Position numbers and translations under genes: made by a program. This document shows, piece by piece, positions 1 to 9,118 of a stretch of DNA of 64,000 nt (position 1 is its first letter; each line of letters begins with the position of its first letter). The stretch is from an uncultured Chloroflexia bacterium (GTDB lineage: Bacteria; Chloroflexota; Anaerolineae; CG2-30-64-16). The stretch spans positions 480,001 through 544,000 of the forward strand of contig CAWEMM010000009.1 in NCBI GenBank assembly GCA_963810095.1. Direction: 5' to 3'. The notes below the pieces were generated by a model. The model was given only the letters and a program-made list of their open reading frames with translations, searched no databases and had not been told where the DNA came from.

Positions 1-839
1 CCCCGAAGGCTATCTCCACCGCCACGAAAAGCAGGCTGAACCCGAGGAGCAGGGCGAACGAGCCGCGTAGCGGGACCCCAAAGAATTGCTGCACCACGAA
101 GAGCATCACCAGGAAGTCAAGCCCCCCGATGAGCCACGCCAGCGAGGCTTTGCCGGTTACAAGCTCGGTGCGTCGCAGGGGCGTCACGAGCAACCCCTCC
201 AGCGTCCCCAGCTCGCGCTCGCGCACAAAGACGAGCGCGGCGACAGCCAGGGTCACCTGGTAGACGATAAAGCCCATCTGCGCGGGGATGGTGAAGAGGC
301 GCGAGTTCAACGCCGGATTGTAAGCCGCGGTAGTGACGAGCGCAATAGGCGGTTGGACCGCGGTCTTGCCGCTTCGCCCGGCTGCTGCGGCCCGATCGTT
401 CACGACGCCTTCGACCGCGAACTCGGCCGTACGCGCCACGTTTGTGGACGTGCCGTCGACAATCAGCTGGAGCTGCACCGGGTTCCGGCCCGTTTCAAGG
501 CCGCGGCCGTAGCCCGGTGGAATGACCAGGGCCGCGACGACCTGTGCCCTCCTGGACGAGCTGGTCGATGGCTGCAGGGCCGGCGGGCGTAAAGCGCACG
601 GTCAACTCTTGCGTGTTGTCGAGCGTAAGGGTCAGGCGCCGGCTGGCCTCGGTCCGGTCCTGGTCGACCACGGCGATGGCCAGATCGTTGATGCCGCGGC
701 CCGTCGAGCCGGCGAGCAGCACCAACTGGGCAACGGGAAAGAGCAGGATGAGCAGGAGCATGCGCCGGTCACGCAGCAGCTGGATCAACTCCTTGACAAA
801 CAGGCTGGCGATGCGGCCGAGCGCGCTACGCTCGATCAT
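1..839 (-). CDS. ABC-2 type transporter permease (YbhR/YbhS-like); runs off the left edge; frameshift near 500
   Basis: ATG at 839 overlaps the upstream TGA (ATGA). N-terminus MIERSALGRIASLFVKELIQLLRDRR...IAVVDQDRT. A second frame continues with YNPALNSRLFTIPAQMGFIVYQVTLAVAALVFVRERELGTLEGLLVTPLRRTEL. Confidence 0.85.
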
Positions 840-1978
840 GCGACCCGCTTCCGGAAGGTCAGGAGGCTGAAGCCGAGGGTCAGGAGCGCGGTCAGCGCGA
901 GCAGCCCGGCCGGCGCAGCCAGTTCGTGCAAGGTTGCGCCTTTGAGAAAGATGCCACGGGTGATCGCGACAAAGTGCGTCGTCGGCAGGCTGTAGGAGAG
1001 GAGCGCGGTGCGCCACGACGACGTGTTGACGGGCAGGATCAGGCCCGAGAGGAAGAAGCCGGGCACAAAAAACACCAGCAGCACGACGAGCATGGCGGTC
1101 TGCTGCGAGCTGACCAGGCGCGAGATCAGCAGCGCAATCCCCATCGTGGCGAGATAGAAGTCGACGGTCAGGAGGAGGAGCAGGCCGGTGCTGCCGCGCA
1201 GGGGCACCCGGAACCAGAGGACCGCGACCGCGACTGCGAGGGCCAGGCTCAGCGCGCCGCTGAGCACGTAGGCGAGGACCTTGCCGAGCAGGTATTCTGA
1301 CCCGCGCACGGGGGAAGCCACCAGTGCCTCGAGCGTGCCGACTTCAGACTCGCGCGTCACGGCCAGCGTCAAGGCCAGGGCCGGGAGCGTCAGCACGATC
1401 GCCAGCAGGCCGGGCACCATGCCCCACTGGGATTTGAGCGTGCTGTTGAACCAGATGCGGGTGGCGACGGGGATGCCGGCCTCACGCGTCGAGGGGAACG
1501 CGTCACCCGCCAGGCGCGTGCCGAACGCCGCGGACTGCCGGCCGAGGTTGCTCAGGGCCTGGGATGCGGAGATGGCGTCCGTGCCGTCCGCTGTGGCGAG
1601 GATTTGCGGTCCGGCCTCGGCCGCGAACGACGCGCGCCAGCGTTCGAAACGAGACTCGAACCCGGCGGGAATGGTGACCGTGATATCCGCTTTTCCACCA
1701 TATAGCGTTTCGGCCAGCCCGGCGCTGCTGTCCGACGTCTCGGCGACGGCAAACGAGCCATCCGCCGTCAGGCTGGACAGGAAGCTGCGCGAGAGCGGAG
1801 AGCGGTCCTGGTCCAGCCATGCCAGTCGCACCGTGCCGATATCGAACGAAAACAGGTAGGCCAGGACGAACAGGATGAAGGCCGGCGAGAGGGTGACCAG
1901 AAAGAAGATGCGGGCGTCCCGCGTGATGTGGCGCAGCTCTTTGCGGGTGATGGCGGAGACCCGGGCGGGCGAAAACAT
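836..1978 (-). CDS. ABC-2 type transporter permease (YbhS-like)
   Basis: ITRKELRHITRD start, WLDQDRS, RESEVGTLEALVASPV, SYSLPTTHFVAITRGIFLKG; six TM segments. Confidence 0.9.
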   Translation of the reverse strand: MFSPARVSAITRKELRHITRDARIFFLVTLSPAFILFVLAYLFSFDIGTVRLAWLDQDRSPLSRSFLSSLTADGSFAVAETSDSSAGLAETLYGGKADITVTIPAGFESRFERWRASFAAEAGPQILATADGTDAISASQALSNLGRQSAAFGTRLAGDAFPSTREAGIPVATRIWFNSTLKSQWGMVPGLLAIVLTLPALALTLAVTRESEVGTLEALVASPVRGSEYLLGKVLAYVLSGALSLALAVAVAVLWFRVPLRGSTGLLLLLTVDFYLATMGIALLISRLVSSQQTAMLVVLLVFFVPGFFLSGLILPVNTSSWRTALLSYSLPTTHFVAITRGIFLKGATLHELAAPAGLLALTALLTLGFSLLTFRKRVA

Positions 1979-1987
1979 GGCCGCAGG

Positions 1988-2731
1988 CTAGCGCTTCGTG
2001 GGCTTTTCCGAGTCGGAGATGGGCACGGTCCGCGTTGCCGGCTTCTTCTGGGCGAGCGGCGCGGACAGCGAGGACAAGACCGGGCGAAGCGACCGATTCA
2101 ACACGCTGCGTTTGCGCCACGCCACGATACCTGCGCCGATCAGGAGGGCTGCGGCGGCGAAGTAAACCTTGTAGCGGTCAAGCGCGGGACTCATGTTCTG
2201 CCACTCGTTGCCCAGCGCAAAGCCGAGCGCCATGTAGCCGACGATCCACATGGTGTTGCCGATGATGGCGCCCAAGATGAACCGGCTCAAGGGAAAGCGG
2301 CTGGAACCGGCGATCAGATTGATCGGAATGCCGATTGGCGCAAACAGCCAACGGGTCAGGTAGACGGTGAGGCTGGGGCGCAGCTTGAAGCGGCTTTCTG
2401 CCACGTCATAAGCGGCGGCGAAACGGGCGCCGGCGCGCGTGCGGGCAAGCGGCCCAAGCTGGCGTCCGATGGCATAGTACAGCAGCTCCGCCACGAGGGC
2501 TCCGCCCGCGGTCACCAGCACCGCGGTGGGCAGATGCATGTGGCCCTGCCTCACCAGTGCACCCGCAGCAATCATCAGCACCGGCACCGGCAGGGGCACG
2601 CCGAGCGCGCAGACGAAAGCCACCAGTCCCAGCGTCATGGGACCGTTGAACATAAGCCACTCGAGCAGGGTGCGGGTAAGATCCACGATACTGACTGCGT
2701 CCTCAGCTAAACCAACGTATGAAGCCCCCAA
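1988..2731 (-). CDS. DedA/VTT family membrane protein
   Basis: ALGVPLPVPVLMIAAG, LLYYAIGR, YLTRWLFAP...INLIAG motifs; start codon uncertain. Confidence 0.85.
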   Translation of the reverse strand: MGASYVGLAEDAVSIVDLTRTLLEWLMFNGPMTLGLVAFVCALGVPLPVPVLMIAAGALVRQGHMHLPTAVLVTAGGALVAELLYYAIGRQLGPLARTRAGARFAAAYDVAESRFKLRPSLTVYLTRWLFAPIGIPINLIAGSSRFPLSRFILGAIIGNTMWIVGYMALGFALGNEWQNMSPALDRYKVYFAAAALLIGAGIVAWRKRSVLNRSLRPVLSSLSAPLAQKKPATRTVPISDSEKPTKR

Positions 2732-2790
2732 AAGGTGCCTTTATTATCTCTGATTTGGCGCCAAGTGGGAAATCCGAGCGCCGGGAGCCC

Positions 2791-3748
2791 TCACGGTAGG
2801 ACCTCGGGCACACGCATGAGCGACAGGCACACAGGGTCGAAATAGCGGGGCCAGAAACTGGCGGCCTCAGGGTTGAACGACTCGAAGTTGGTATAGAGCC
2901 CGGCCATGCCCAAGCCGGAATAGTGTTCAAGCGCAGCTTGGAGCAAGGCCTTACCCACCCCGCGGCCGCGATACTCCGGCCGTAAGTAGGCGCCGTTGCA
3001 GAAGGCGGCCGCGCCCGACTGGAGCACCGCCACCGCGTCAAAGTCGTAGCCCGTGAACCGCATGAAACCAACCGGTGCCGAACCGTCGAGGGCGAGCCAG
3101 ACGCTGTTCTTCGGGCGCTGGCCGAACTCTGCAAAGGCAGATGGGCTGTCGGCGCTAGGAGGGGCCATGAAGAGCGGCGCGGCCGAGTAGTGCGCGACAT
3201 GCTCAGCGTCCAGGCGCGCTAGAGCAAGCCAGTCGGTTTCTCCGGATGCACGCCGGATCGTCAGTTCGGTCTTCGGAATTGGGACCAAGGACACTGCCGG
3301 ACGCACTGCATCGACCACCGCCAGCCCGAAGCCGCTCCAGAACCATGCCTCGCGGCCCTCCTGGTCGTTCGCCAGCAGGGTGATCGCATGAACCTCGCAT
3401 CTACTCTCTGCCCAGCGGGCAGAGGCGGCCCGGTACAGCGCCGCGTAAATCTCCGCCCGCCTTCCGGCCGCTGCCCCGTGCGCCCACTCCGGCACGTATG
3501 CGCCGCGTCTCGCCGACCCCCGGAACCGCTCGATCTCCCACCATGCCAGGTAACCGAGCAGGCGCCCGTCTTCCATGGCGGCCAGGCTGCGCGAGCTCAT
3601 CCTGCCGATCTTCTCGGAGACCAGGTGGGGGTCCTCGAGGGGGTCGGGCAGCACGGGGAAACTGGCGCGCAGGCCGCGCGAACTGCCCGGCGAACAGCCT
3701 GGCCGCCTCGAGAGTGCGTTCCGGGTCGAGAGCTTCGACTCTAATCAC
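2791..3748 (-). CDS. GNAT family N-acetyltransferase (two-domain); frameshift near 3670
   Basis: C-terminal YLRPEYRGRGVGKALL acetyl-CoA motif and NPEAASFW; N-terminus MIRVEALDPE lies in another frame. Confidence 0.8.
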
Positions 3749-3767
3749 CGGCTCTCAGGCTCGCTTT

Positions 3768-4841
3768 CTAGGGTGCGACCGTCGCGCTGGGCTTCGCCGT
3801 GGGCCTGGCGGCCGGCACGGTGAAACCAGGCGGCGGCGCGGGACACTTGCCGGTCGTCTTCCCCAGGTCGGCCAGCGGTTTCGCGGTGAAGATCTCCCCC
3901 AGCCGCTGCTTCAGGCTGGCCTGGTCCTTGATGACCAGAACGGACGCGCCCCCTTTGGTCCTGTAGGGCTTGATCACGTCGGGTGCGAGGGCGGTGCCGG
4001 TCACCTTGGTCGAGTCAAGCTGGAGGCCGAAGCGGGCGAGCCGCAGCACGTCGAGAACCCCGAGGTCGGTGCTGAACGTGCCGGCGAGCGCGCTCCACAA
4101 CTGGGGAATGCGCGGCAAGATGTTAATGCTCTCGGCCTGGTTCCGGAGGGCCCAGATGAGCTGCTGTTGGCGCTTCGCCCGGCCAAAGTCGGAGGTGAGG
4201 TAGCGATAGGTGGCGAACTTGCGCGCCTGCTCACCATTCAGCTTGACTTCGCCCGCGGGCAGCGACCAGTTCACCAGCTTGTTCGGGTTTTTCGGGTCGG
4301 GCGTCTGCTCGTAGAGGGGGCAGTCGAGCTTCACCGTAACCCCTCCGAGGGCGTCGACCAGCTTTGCCAGGCCATCCATTTTGATCAGCACCACGTGCTG
4401 GATCGGCACCCCGAGCGTCTTCTCCGCCACCGCCTTGGCCAGAGCCGGGCTGCCGCCCTTATATTTGGTGTAGTCGCCCAGGAAATAGGCGGAGTTGATG
4501 CGGTCGGCCCCCCAGCCGGGAATGTCGACCCACAAGTCACGCGGCACGCTGAGAATCCCGACCTGCTGCGTGTCATGGTCGATCGACATCAGCATGATCG
4601 AGTCCGTGTGCATCATCCAGGGGCCGGGCCGTACGTCCGCGCCAAGCACCAGGAAGTTCTCTGTGCGCTGCAAGCGCGTGGGGTCGGGCGTTGGGGTTGG
4701 CGTGCCAGGCGTTGGCGAAGGAGGCGGTGTAGAGGTCTGCGCAGCGACCGGCAGCACCGGCGTCACGAGCAGGGCCATCGCCACGGTCAGGACGAAAACT
4801 CTGAGCAACAGGTTTCGATGGGAAGGGGAGGTCGTGATCAT
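3768..4841 (-). CDS. LCP (LytR-CpsA-Psr) family cell-wall glycopolymer ligase
   Basis: NFLVLGAD...HTDSIML...SVPRDLWV...DRINSAY...SDFGRAKRQQ. Confidence 0.92.
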   Translation of the reverse strand: MITTSPSHRNLLLRVFVLTVAMALLVTPVLPVAAQTSTPPPSPTPGTPTPTPDPTRLQRTENFLVLGADVRPGPWMMHTDSIMLMSIDHDTQQVGILSVPRDLWVDIPGWGADRINSAYFLGDYTKYKGGSPALAKAVAEKTLGVPIQHVVLIKMDGLAKLVDALGGVTVKLDCPLYEQTPDPKNPNKLVNWSLPAGEVKLNGEQARKFATYRYLTSDFGRAKRQQQLIWALRNQAESINILPRIPQLWSALAGTFSTDLGVLDVLRLARFGLQLDSTKVTGTALAPDVIKPYRTKGGASVLVIKDQASLKQRLGEIFTAKPLADLGKTTGKCPAPPPGFTVPAARPTAKPSATVAP

Positions 4842-4950
4842 GACTTGAGTATACCCCAGGCTGGAATGGCCGCGCACATTGGACGCGACCCTGTTTTCGC
4901 GCTATACTGCACAGACTCCAGTGCTCCCAGATTCGTTCCAGGTGTCGTTT

Positions 4951-7245
4951 ATGTTTTATCCAGCCATCATCGCGGTCTTGCTGCTCATCATCGTGGCGCT
5001 TTCCGTCGCCGTGGTGGTGCTGTGGCGTCGATCGCGAGAGGTCGTTTTCGGGCTGGACGAAATTGCCGAGGACGTCCTCAAGTCGCTCTATCACCTCGGC
5101 CGGCAATCTCCCGTGGTCTCCTCGCGTGACCTCATTCGTGGCTCAGAACTCCAGCCGAACCGGTACCCCATCATTGCCGCCGAGCTCGAGCGGCGGAAGT
5201 GGGCCGTGGTGGACAGCCCGCCGTCGGGAGGGCCTGGCCTTAGGATCACGCCGGCGGGCGAGCGTCGCGCGCTCGAGCTGATCCGCGCGCATCGCCTTTG
5301 GGAGCGCTATCTCGCGGACAAGGAAGGGCGTCCGATCACCGCGCTGCACGACGAGGCCATGCGCCGCGAGCACCTCGCGACGCCCGAGCAGGTCGACGCA
5401 CTGGCAAGGGAACTGGGTGACCCCCAATTCGATCCGCACGGCGATCCAATTCCAACGGCCACAGGCGAGATGCCGCAGGCCGACGAGGGCACCCCGCTCA
5501 CCCGGTGGCCGGTCCACCGGGCCGGCCGCATCGTGCACGTGGAGGACGAACCCCCCGCGCTGTTTAGCCAGCTCGCGCTGATTGGCTTGACTCCCGGCGC
5601 ACAGGTCGAGATTGACGAGCGCATGCCCGCGCAGGTGCTCGTGTGGTCGGGCCGCCAGCGGCTAACCCTCGCGCCCGCGGCCGCCGAGCGCGTGTTCGTG
5701 GTCGATGCGCCCCCCGCAGCGCTCCCGTTGTCCGAGATGGAGATCGGGCAGGCCGGCCGGGTCGTCGGGATCGGCCAGGGGGTGGGGCTGGCCGACCGGC
5801 TACGCCAGACCGGCGTTCGCCCCGGCGTCGAGATTTCGGCGGTCGGCGTCGACCCTATTGGTGAGCCGGTGCGATACCGGGTCAACGGCAGCAGTGATTT
5901 CGGCCTATCGCGGATCGAGGCCAACCAGATCGTACTCGACGCGGGATCGATTCGCGAGATCGTCCTGCCCCGGCAGCCTTGGTTGCAGGAACAGGCGGAG
6001 CGGGTCCGCGAGCTGTTCCGGCGCTATGGCAGCATGGTCGTGTTCCGGCGCGCACTTGTCTTCTTTGGCCCGGCCTTCGTCATCAGCGTGGGATACATGG
6101 ACCCGGGCAACTGGGGCACAGACATCGAAGGTGGCGCGCGTTTCGGATATCAGCTGCTGTGGGTGATCTTCCTTGCCAACCTGATGGCGATCCTCCTGCA
6201 GATCCTGTCGGCGAAACTGGGCATTGCGACCAGTCGGACGCTGCCCGAGGTGTGCCGCGATCATTATCCCCGCTGGGCCGCCATCACCCTATGGATCACG
6301 GCAGAGCTGGCCGCCATCATGACGGACCTGGCAGAGTTTCTCGGCGGCGCGGTCGGTCTGAACCTGCTGTTCCACATTCCGCTGTTCCCCGCCGCACTCC
6401 TGACAGGCGTGATTATCTCCGGGATTCTGTATCTTGAACGGTATGGGATGCGCAAGGTGGAGATGGTTGTGCTGGCGCTCATTGCGGTCATCGGCTTCGG
6501 CTACATGGCCGAGATGTTCCTGGTGAAGCCGCCGCTCGGCTCCATCCTGCACGGCCTGTTCGTGCCTTCGCTGCCGGTCGGCGCCACCCTCGTGGCCGTC
6601 GGCATCATCGGTGCAACGGTCATGCCGCACAACCTGTATCTGCACAGCGCCCTGATCCAGTCGCGCTTCCGGCCCAGCGATTCGCTGCAGCGCAAGCAGG
6701 AAGTCTATCGCATGTCGATCGTCGACTCAGTGGTAGCGCTGAACGGCGCACTCCTGGTGAACTGCGCGATCCTGATCATGTCGGCAAATGCGTTCTCGGG
6801 TGGGCGATTGACCAATTACTCTCTCGAATCCGCCTACCAAACCCTGACGCCGCTGCTCGGTCCTGCGGCGGGCGTCGTGTTTGCCATTACGCTCCTGGCC
6901 TCCGGCCTGTCATCCTCGACGACTGCGACGATGGCCGGGCAGGTGATCATGGAAGGCTTCATCCACCACAAGATGAATGTGTGGCTGCGGCGGGCAATTA
7001 CCATGATCCCCACACTGGTCATCATTGGCCTCGGCATCGACCCGCTGCGCATCCTCGTGCTGTCGCAGGTGAGCCTGGCCTTCCAATTGCCCTTCGCCGT
7101 GATCCCGCTCGTGCTCTTCACCTCAAACCGCAAGATCATGGGCCCCTTCACCAACACCCGCCTCACCAAGGTCTTGGCCTGGGGAGCGACGGCTGTGATC
7201 CTATCTCTAAACATCGTGCTGTTGCTCCAGACATTTGCAAGTTAG
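4951..7245 (+). CDS. mntH: Fusion protein: N-terminal TM helix + DtxR/MntR-like domain + two FeoA/SH3 domains + Nramp (MntH) divalent metal transporter
   Basis: One uninterrupted ORF. DtxR motifs AEDVLKSLY, RAHRLWERYL, EAMRREH, DPHGDPIP. Two FeoA repeats (LALIGLTPGAQVEI; LRQTGVRPGVEIS). Nramp motifs GYMDPGNW and GATVMPHNLYLHS. Confidence 0.88.
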   Translation: MFYPAIIAVLLLIIVALSVAVVVLWRRSREVVFGLDEIAEDVLKSLYHLGRQSPVVSSRDLIRGSELQPNRYPIIAAELERRKWAVVDSPPSGGPGLRITPAGERRALELIRAHRLWERYLADKEGRPITALHDEAMRREHLATPEQVDALARELGDPQFDPHGDPIPTATGEMPQADEGTPLTRWPVHRAGRIVHVEDEPPALFSQLALIGLTPGAQVEIDERMPAQVLVWSGRQRLTLAPAAAERVFVVDAPPAALPLSEMEIGQAGRVVGIGQGVGLADRLRQTGVRPGVEISAVGVDPIGEPVRYRVNGSSDFGLSRIEANQIVLDAGSIREIVLPRQPWLQEQAERVRELFRRYGSMVVFRRALVFFGPAFVISVGYMDPGNWGTDIEGGARFGYQLLWVIFLANLMAILLQILSAKLGIATSRTLPEVCRDHYPRWAAITLWITAELAAIMTDLAEFLGGAVGLNLLFHIPLFPAALLTGVIISGILYLERYGMRKVEMVVLALIAVIGFGYMAEMFLVKPPLGSILHGLFVPSLPVGATLVAVGIIGATVMPHNLYLHSALIQSRFRPSDSLQRKQEVYRMSIVDSVVALNGALLVNCAILIMSANAFSGGRLTNYSLESAYQTLTPLLGPAAGVVFAITLLASGLSSSTTATMAGQVIMEGFIHHKMNVWLRRAITMIPTLVIIGLGIDPLRILVLSQVSLAFQLPFAVIPLVLFTSNRKIMGPFTNTRLTKVLAWGATAVILSLNIVLLLQTFAS

Positions 7246-7276
7246 GCTGATTCTCAGTTCTTTAAGGCGCAGGCTA

Positions 7277-7306
7277 TTGACATCGCTTGCGTTTAGCTCG
7301 TATAGT
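7277..7306 (+). promoter_or_regulatory. sigma70-type promoter of the Rrf2 gene
   Basis: TTGACA (7277-7282), 18 nt spacer, TATAGT (7301-7306). Confidence 0.75.
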
Positions 7307-7315
7307 ACCCTCAGT

Positions 7316-7338
7316 TCTCCTACTACTTCACTAGGCTA
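7316..7338. promoter_or_regulatory. Putative Rrf2 operator, copy 1
   Basis: TCTCCTA-CTACTTCAC-TAGGCTA between the -10 box and the start codon; near-identical to 8018-8040. Confidence 0.65.
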
Positions 7339-7346
7339 TATGTGAG

Positions 7347-7781
7347 ATGAAGCTATCGAAGCGCGGCGAGTACGGTTTGCGTGCAATGGTCGACTTGGCC
7401 TCCCAGCCAGTCGGCGCCGTCGTGTCCACTAAGGACATTGCCCAGCGCGAGCAAATACCGGCCAAATTCCTGGAGCAGATCCTGCTCGCGCTGCGCAACG
7501 CCGGCCTGCTGCACAGCCGAATGGGCCTGGGCGGCGGCTACGCGCTGGCGAAGCCGGCCGCCGATATCACGTTGGGGCAGATCGTGCGTGTTTTGGACGG
7601 ACCTTTGGCGCCCATTCGCTGCGTGAGCCAGATGGCCTACGAGCCATGCGCCTGCCCGGACGAGAAGACCTGCGGGCTGCGGCTCGTAATGTCGGACGTC
7701 CGCAACGCGATTTCGTCCATCCTGGATCGAACGACCCTGGCCGATGTGGCGCACCGCGTGGAGGCGGCGCGTCTCCTGTAG
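7347..7781 (+). CDS. Rrf2 family transcriptional regulator (three Cys, probable Fe-S binding)
   Basis: MKLSKRGEYGLRAM, FLEQILL, SRMGLGGGYAL, GPLAPIRCVSQMAYEPCACPDEKTC, LDRTTLAD. Confidence 0.95.
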   Translation: MKLSKRGEYGLRAMVDLASQPVGAVVSTKDIAQREQIPAKFLEQILLALRNAGLLHSRMGLGGGYALAKPAADITLGQIVRVLDGPLAPIRCVSQMAYEPCACPDEKTCGLRLVMSDVRNAISSILDRTTLADVAHRVEAARLL

Positions 7782-8017
7782 GCGATCCCTTACGACAGAC
7801 CGAACTGGTCGCAAAATCGTAAGGACGCGCTGTGTACGTAAGGGCGAGCTGAAGCTGGCCCTAGGCTCGACCCCATTTTGCGATTGACCTGGCAGAGCGC
7901 AGGGTCACAAAGCGAGCTCGGTTCAAATTGCTGTCTGCATCACGCTTGCCCCGAAGACACCGGTAGCTGGGCTGCCGGCCGTCGGTCTCGATCGGCAAGC
8001 GTCATTTTGCCATCAAT

Positions 8018-8040
8018 ACTCCTACTAACTCCCTAGGAGT
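8018..8040. promoter_or_regulatory. Putative Rrf2 operator, copy 2 (perfect palindrome)
   Basis: ACTCCTA-N9-TAGGAGT just upstream of the AGGAGG RBS of the pstS-like gene. Confidence 0.7.
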
Positions 8041-8064
8041 CATAGAAGAAGGAGGAACTCCGCT

Positions 8065-9045
8065 ATGTCCCGCCGCTCCAGAGTCACTTCTTTCGTCGCT
8101 TGCCTTGCCACCATCGCGGTGCTTGTACCGCTGCTGGCGGGGTGTGCGAGCCAACAAGTCGCGTCGCAGCAGGCGAAACTCAACGGCACGATCACGGTGT
8201 CGGGGGCCTTCGCGCTGTACCCGATGGTCGTCATGTGGGGTGACGAGTTCAGCAAGCTCCATCCCGACGTCAACTTTGACATTTCCGCCGGAGGGGCAGG
8301 CAAGGGGTTGTCCGATGCGCTGGCCGGCGCGGCGGACGTCGGCATGGTGTCGCGCGCCGTGACGAAAGAGGAAGAGGCCAAGGGCGCGTGGTGGGTCGGC
8401 GTGACCAAGGACGCGGTGTTCCCGGTGGTCAACGCCGCTAACCCCGTCCTCAAGGAGCTGATGGCAAAAGGTCTGACCAAGGAACAGCTCGCCGACGTGT
8501 TCATCACCGAGAAGGTCAAGACCTGGGGCGAGCTCGTGGGCCGGCCAGAAGTGACCGACAAGATCGACGTATTCACGCGCTCGGATTCGGCCGGCGCGGC
8601 CGAGGCCTGGGCCAAGTTCCTGGGCGACAAGAAGCAGGAAGACCTCAAGGGCATCGGCGTGCAGGCCGACCCGGGCCTGCTGGACGCCGTGGTCAAGGAC
8701 AAGAACGGCATCGGTTACAACAACCTGGCGTATGCGTATGACGCCAGCAGCGACAAACCGGTCGCGGGCGCGATGGTCGTTCCGATCGATGTTAACGGAG
8801 ACGGCACCGCGAGCGCTGAGGAGCTTCTCGAGACCAAGCGGGAGGCCATGCAGGCGGTTGCCACGGGCAAGTATCCTTCGCCGCCCGCGCGTGCGCTGAA
8901 CCTGGTGACCAAGGGCCAGCCCTCGCCGTTGGTCGCGGAGTTCTTCAGGTGGGTGCTGACCGATGGGCAGAAGTTCGTCGATGCCGCAGGCTACGTGCAG
9001 TTGACGCCCGAGCAGTTGCAGGCGAGTCTGGCGAAGCTACAGTGA
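8065..9045 (+). CDS. pstS: PstS-family anion-binding lipoprotein with atypical binding motifs
   Basis: Lipobox LAGC; ITVSGAFALYP, GGAGKG, ADVGMVSR, GKYPSPPARAL, GQKFVDAAGY; first gene of a pstCAB-like operon. Confidence 0.8.
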   Translation: MSRRSRVTSFVACLATIAVLVPLLAGCASQQVASQQAKLNGTITVSGAFALYPMVVMWGDEFSKLHPDVNFDISAGGAGKGLSDALAGAADVGMVSRAVTKEEEAKGAWWVGVTKDAVFPVVNAANPVLKELMAKGLTKEQLADVFITEKVKTWGELVGRPEVTDKIDVFTRSDSAGAAEAWAKFLGDKKQEDLKGIGVQADPGLLDAVVKDKNGIGYNNLAYAYDASSDKPVAGAMVVPIDVNGDGTASAEELLETKREAMQAVATGKYPSPPARALNLVTKGQPSPLVAEFFRWVLTDGQKFVDAAGYVQLTPEQLQASLAKLQ

Positions 9046-9058
9046 CCTTGTAAAGGGT

Positions 9059-9097
9059 CCGCTCAGCCAGGTCCCCCGCAGAGACCTGGCTGAGCGG
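9059..9097 (+). terminator. Intercistronic GC hairpin after pstS (attenuating or stabilising)
   Basis: CCGCTCAGCCAGGTC...GACCTGGCTGAGCGG inverted repeat, no U-tract. Confidence 0.55.
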
Positions 9098-9118
9098 GCC
9101 AGCGATTAGGAGCTCACG

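Noticed and set aside
3498-5129. Long ORFs antisense to real genes (also 18634-20712, 26089-27597, 44406-46298 and others)
   Set aside because: Shadow frames typical of high-GC DNA; the opposite strand carries recognisable protein families
7980-8064. Pho box upstream of pstS
   Set aside because: No 11 bp-spaced CTGTCAT-like direct repeats; only a lone GTCAT on either side of the palindrome
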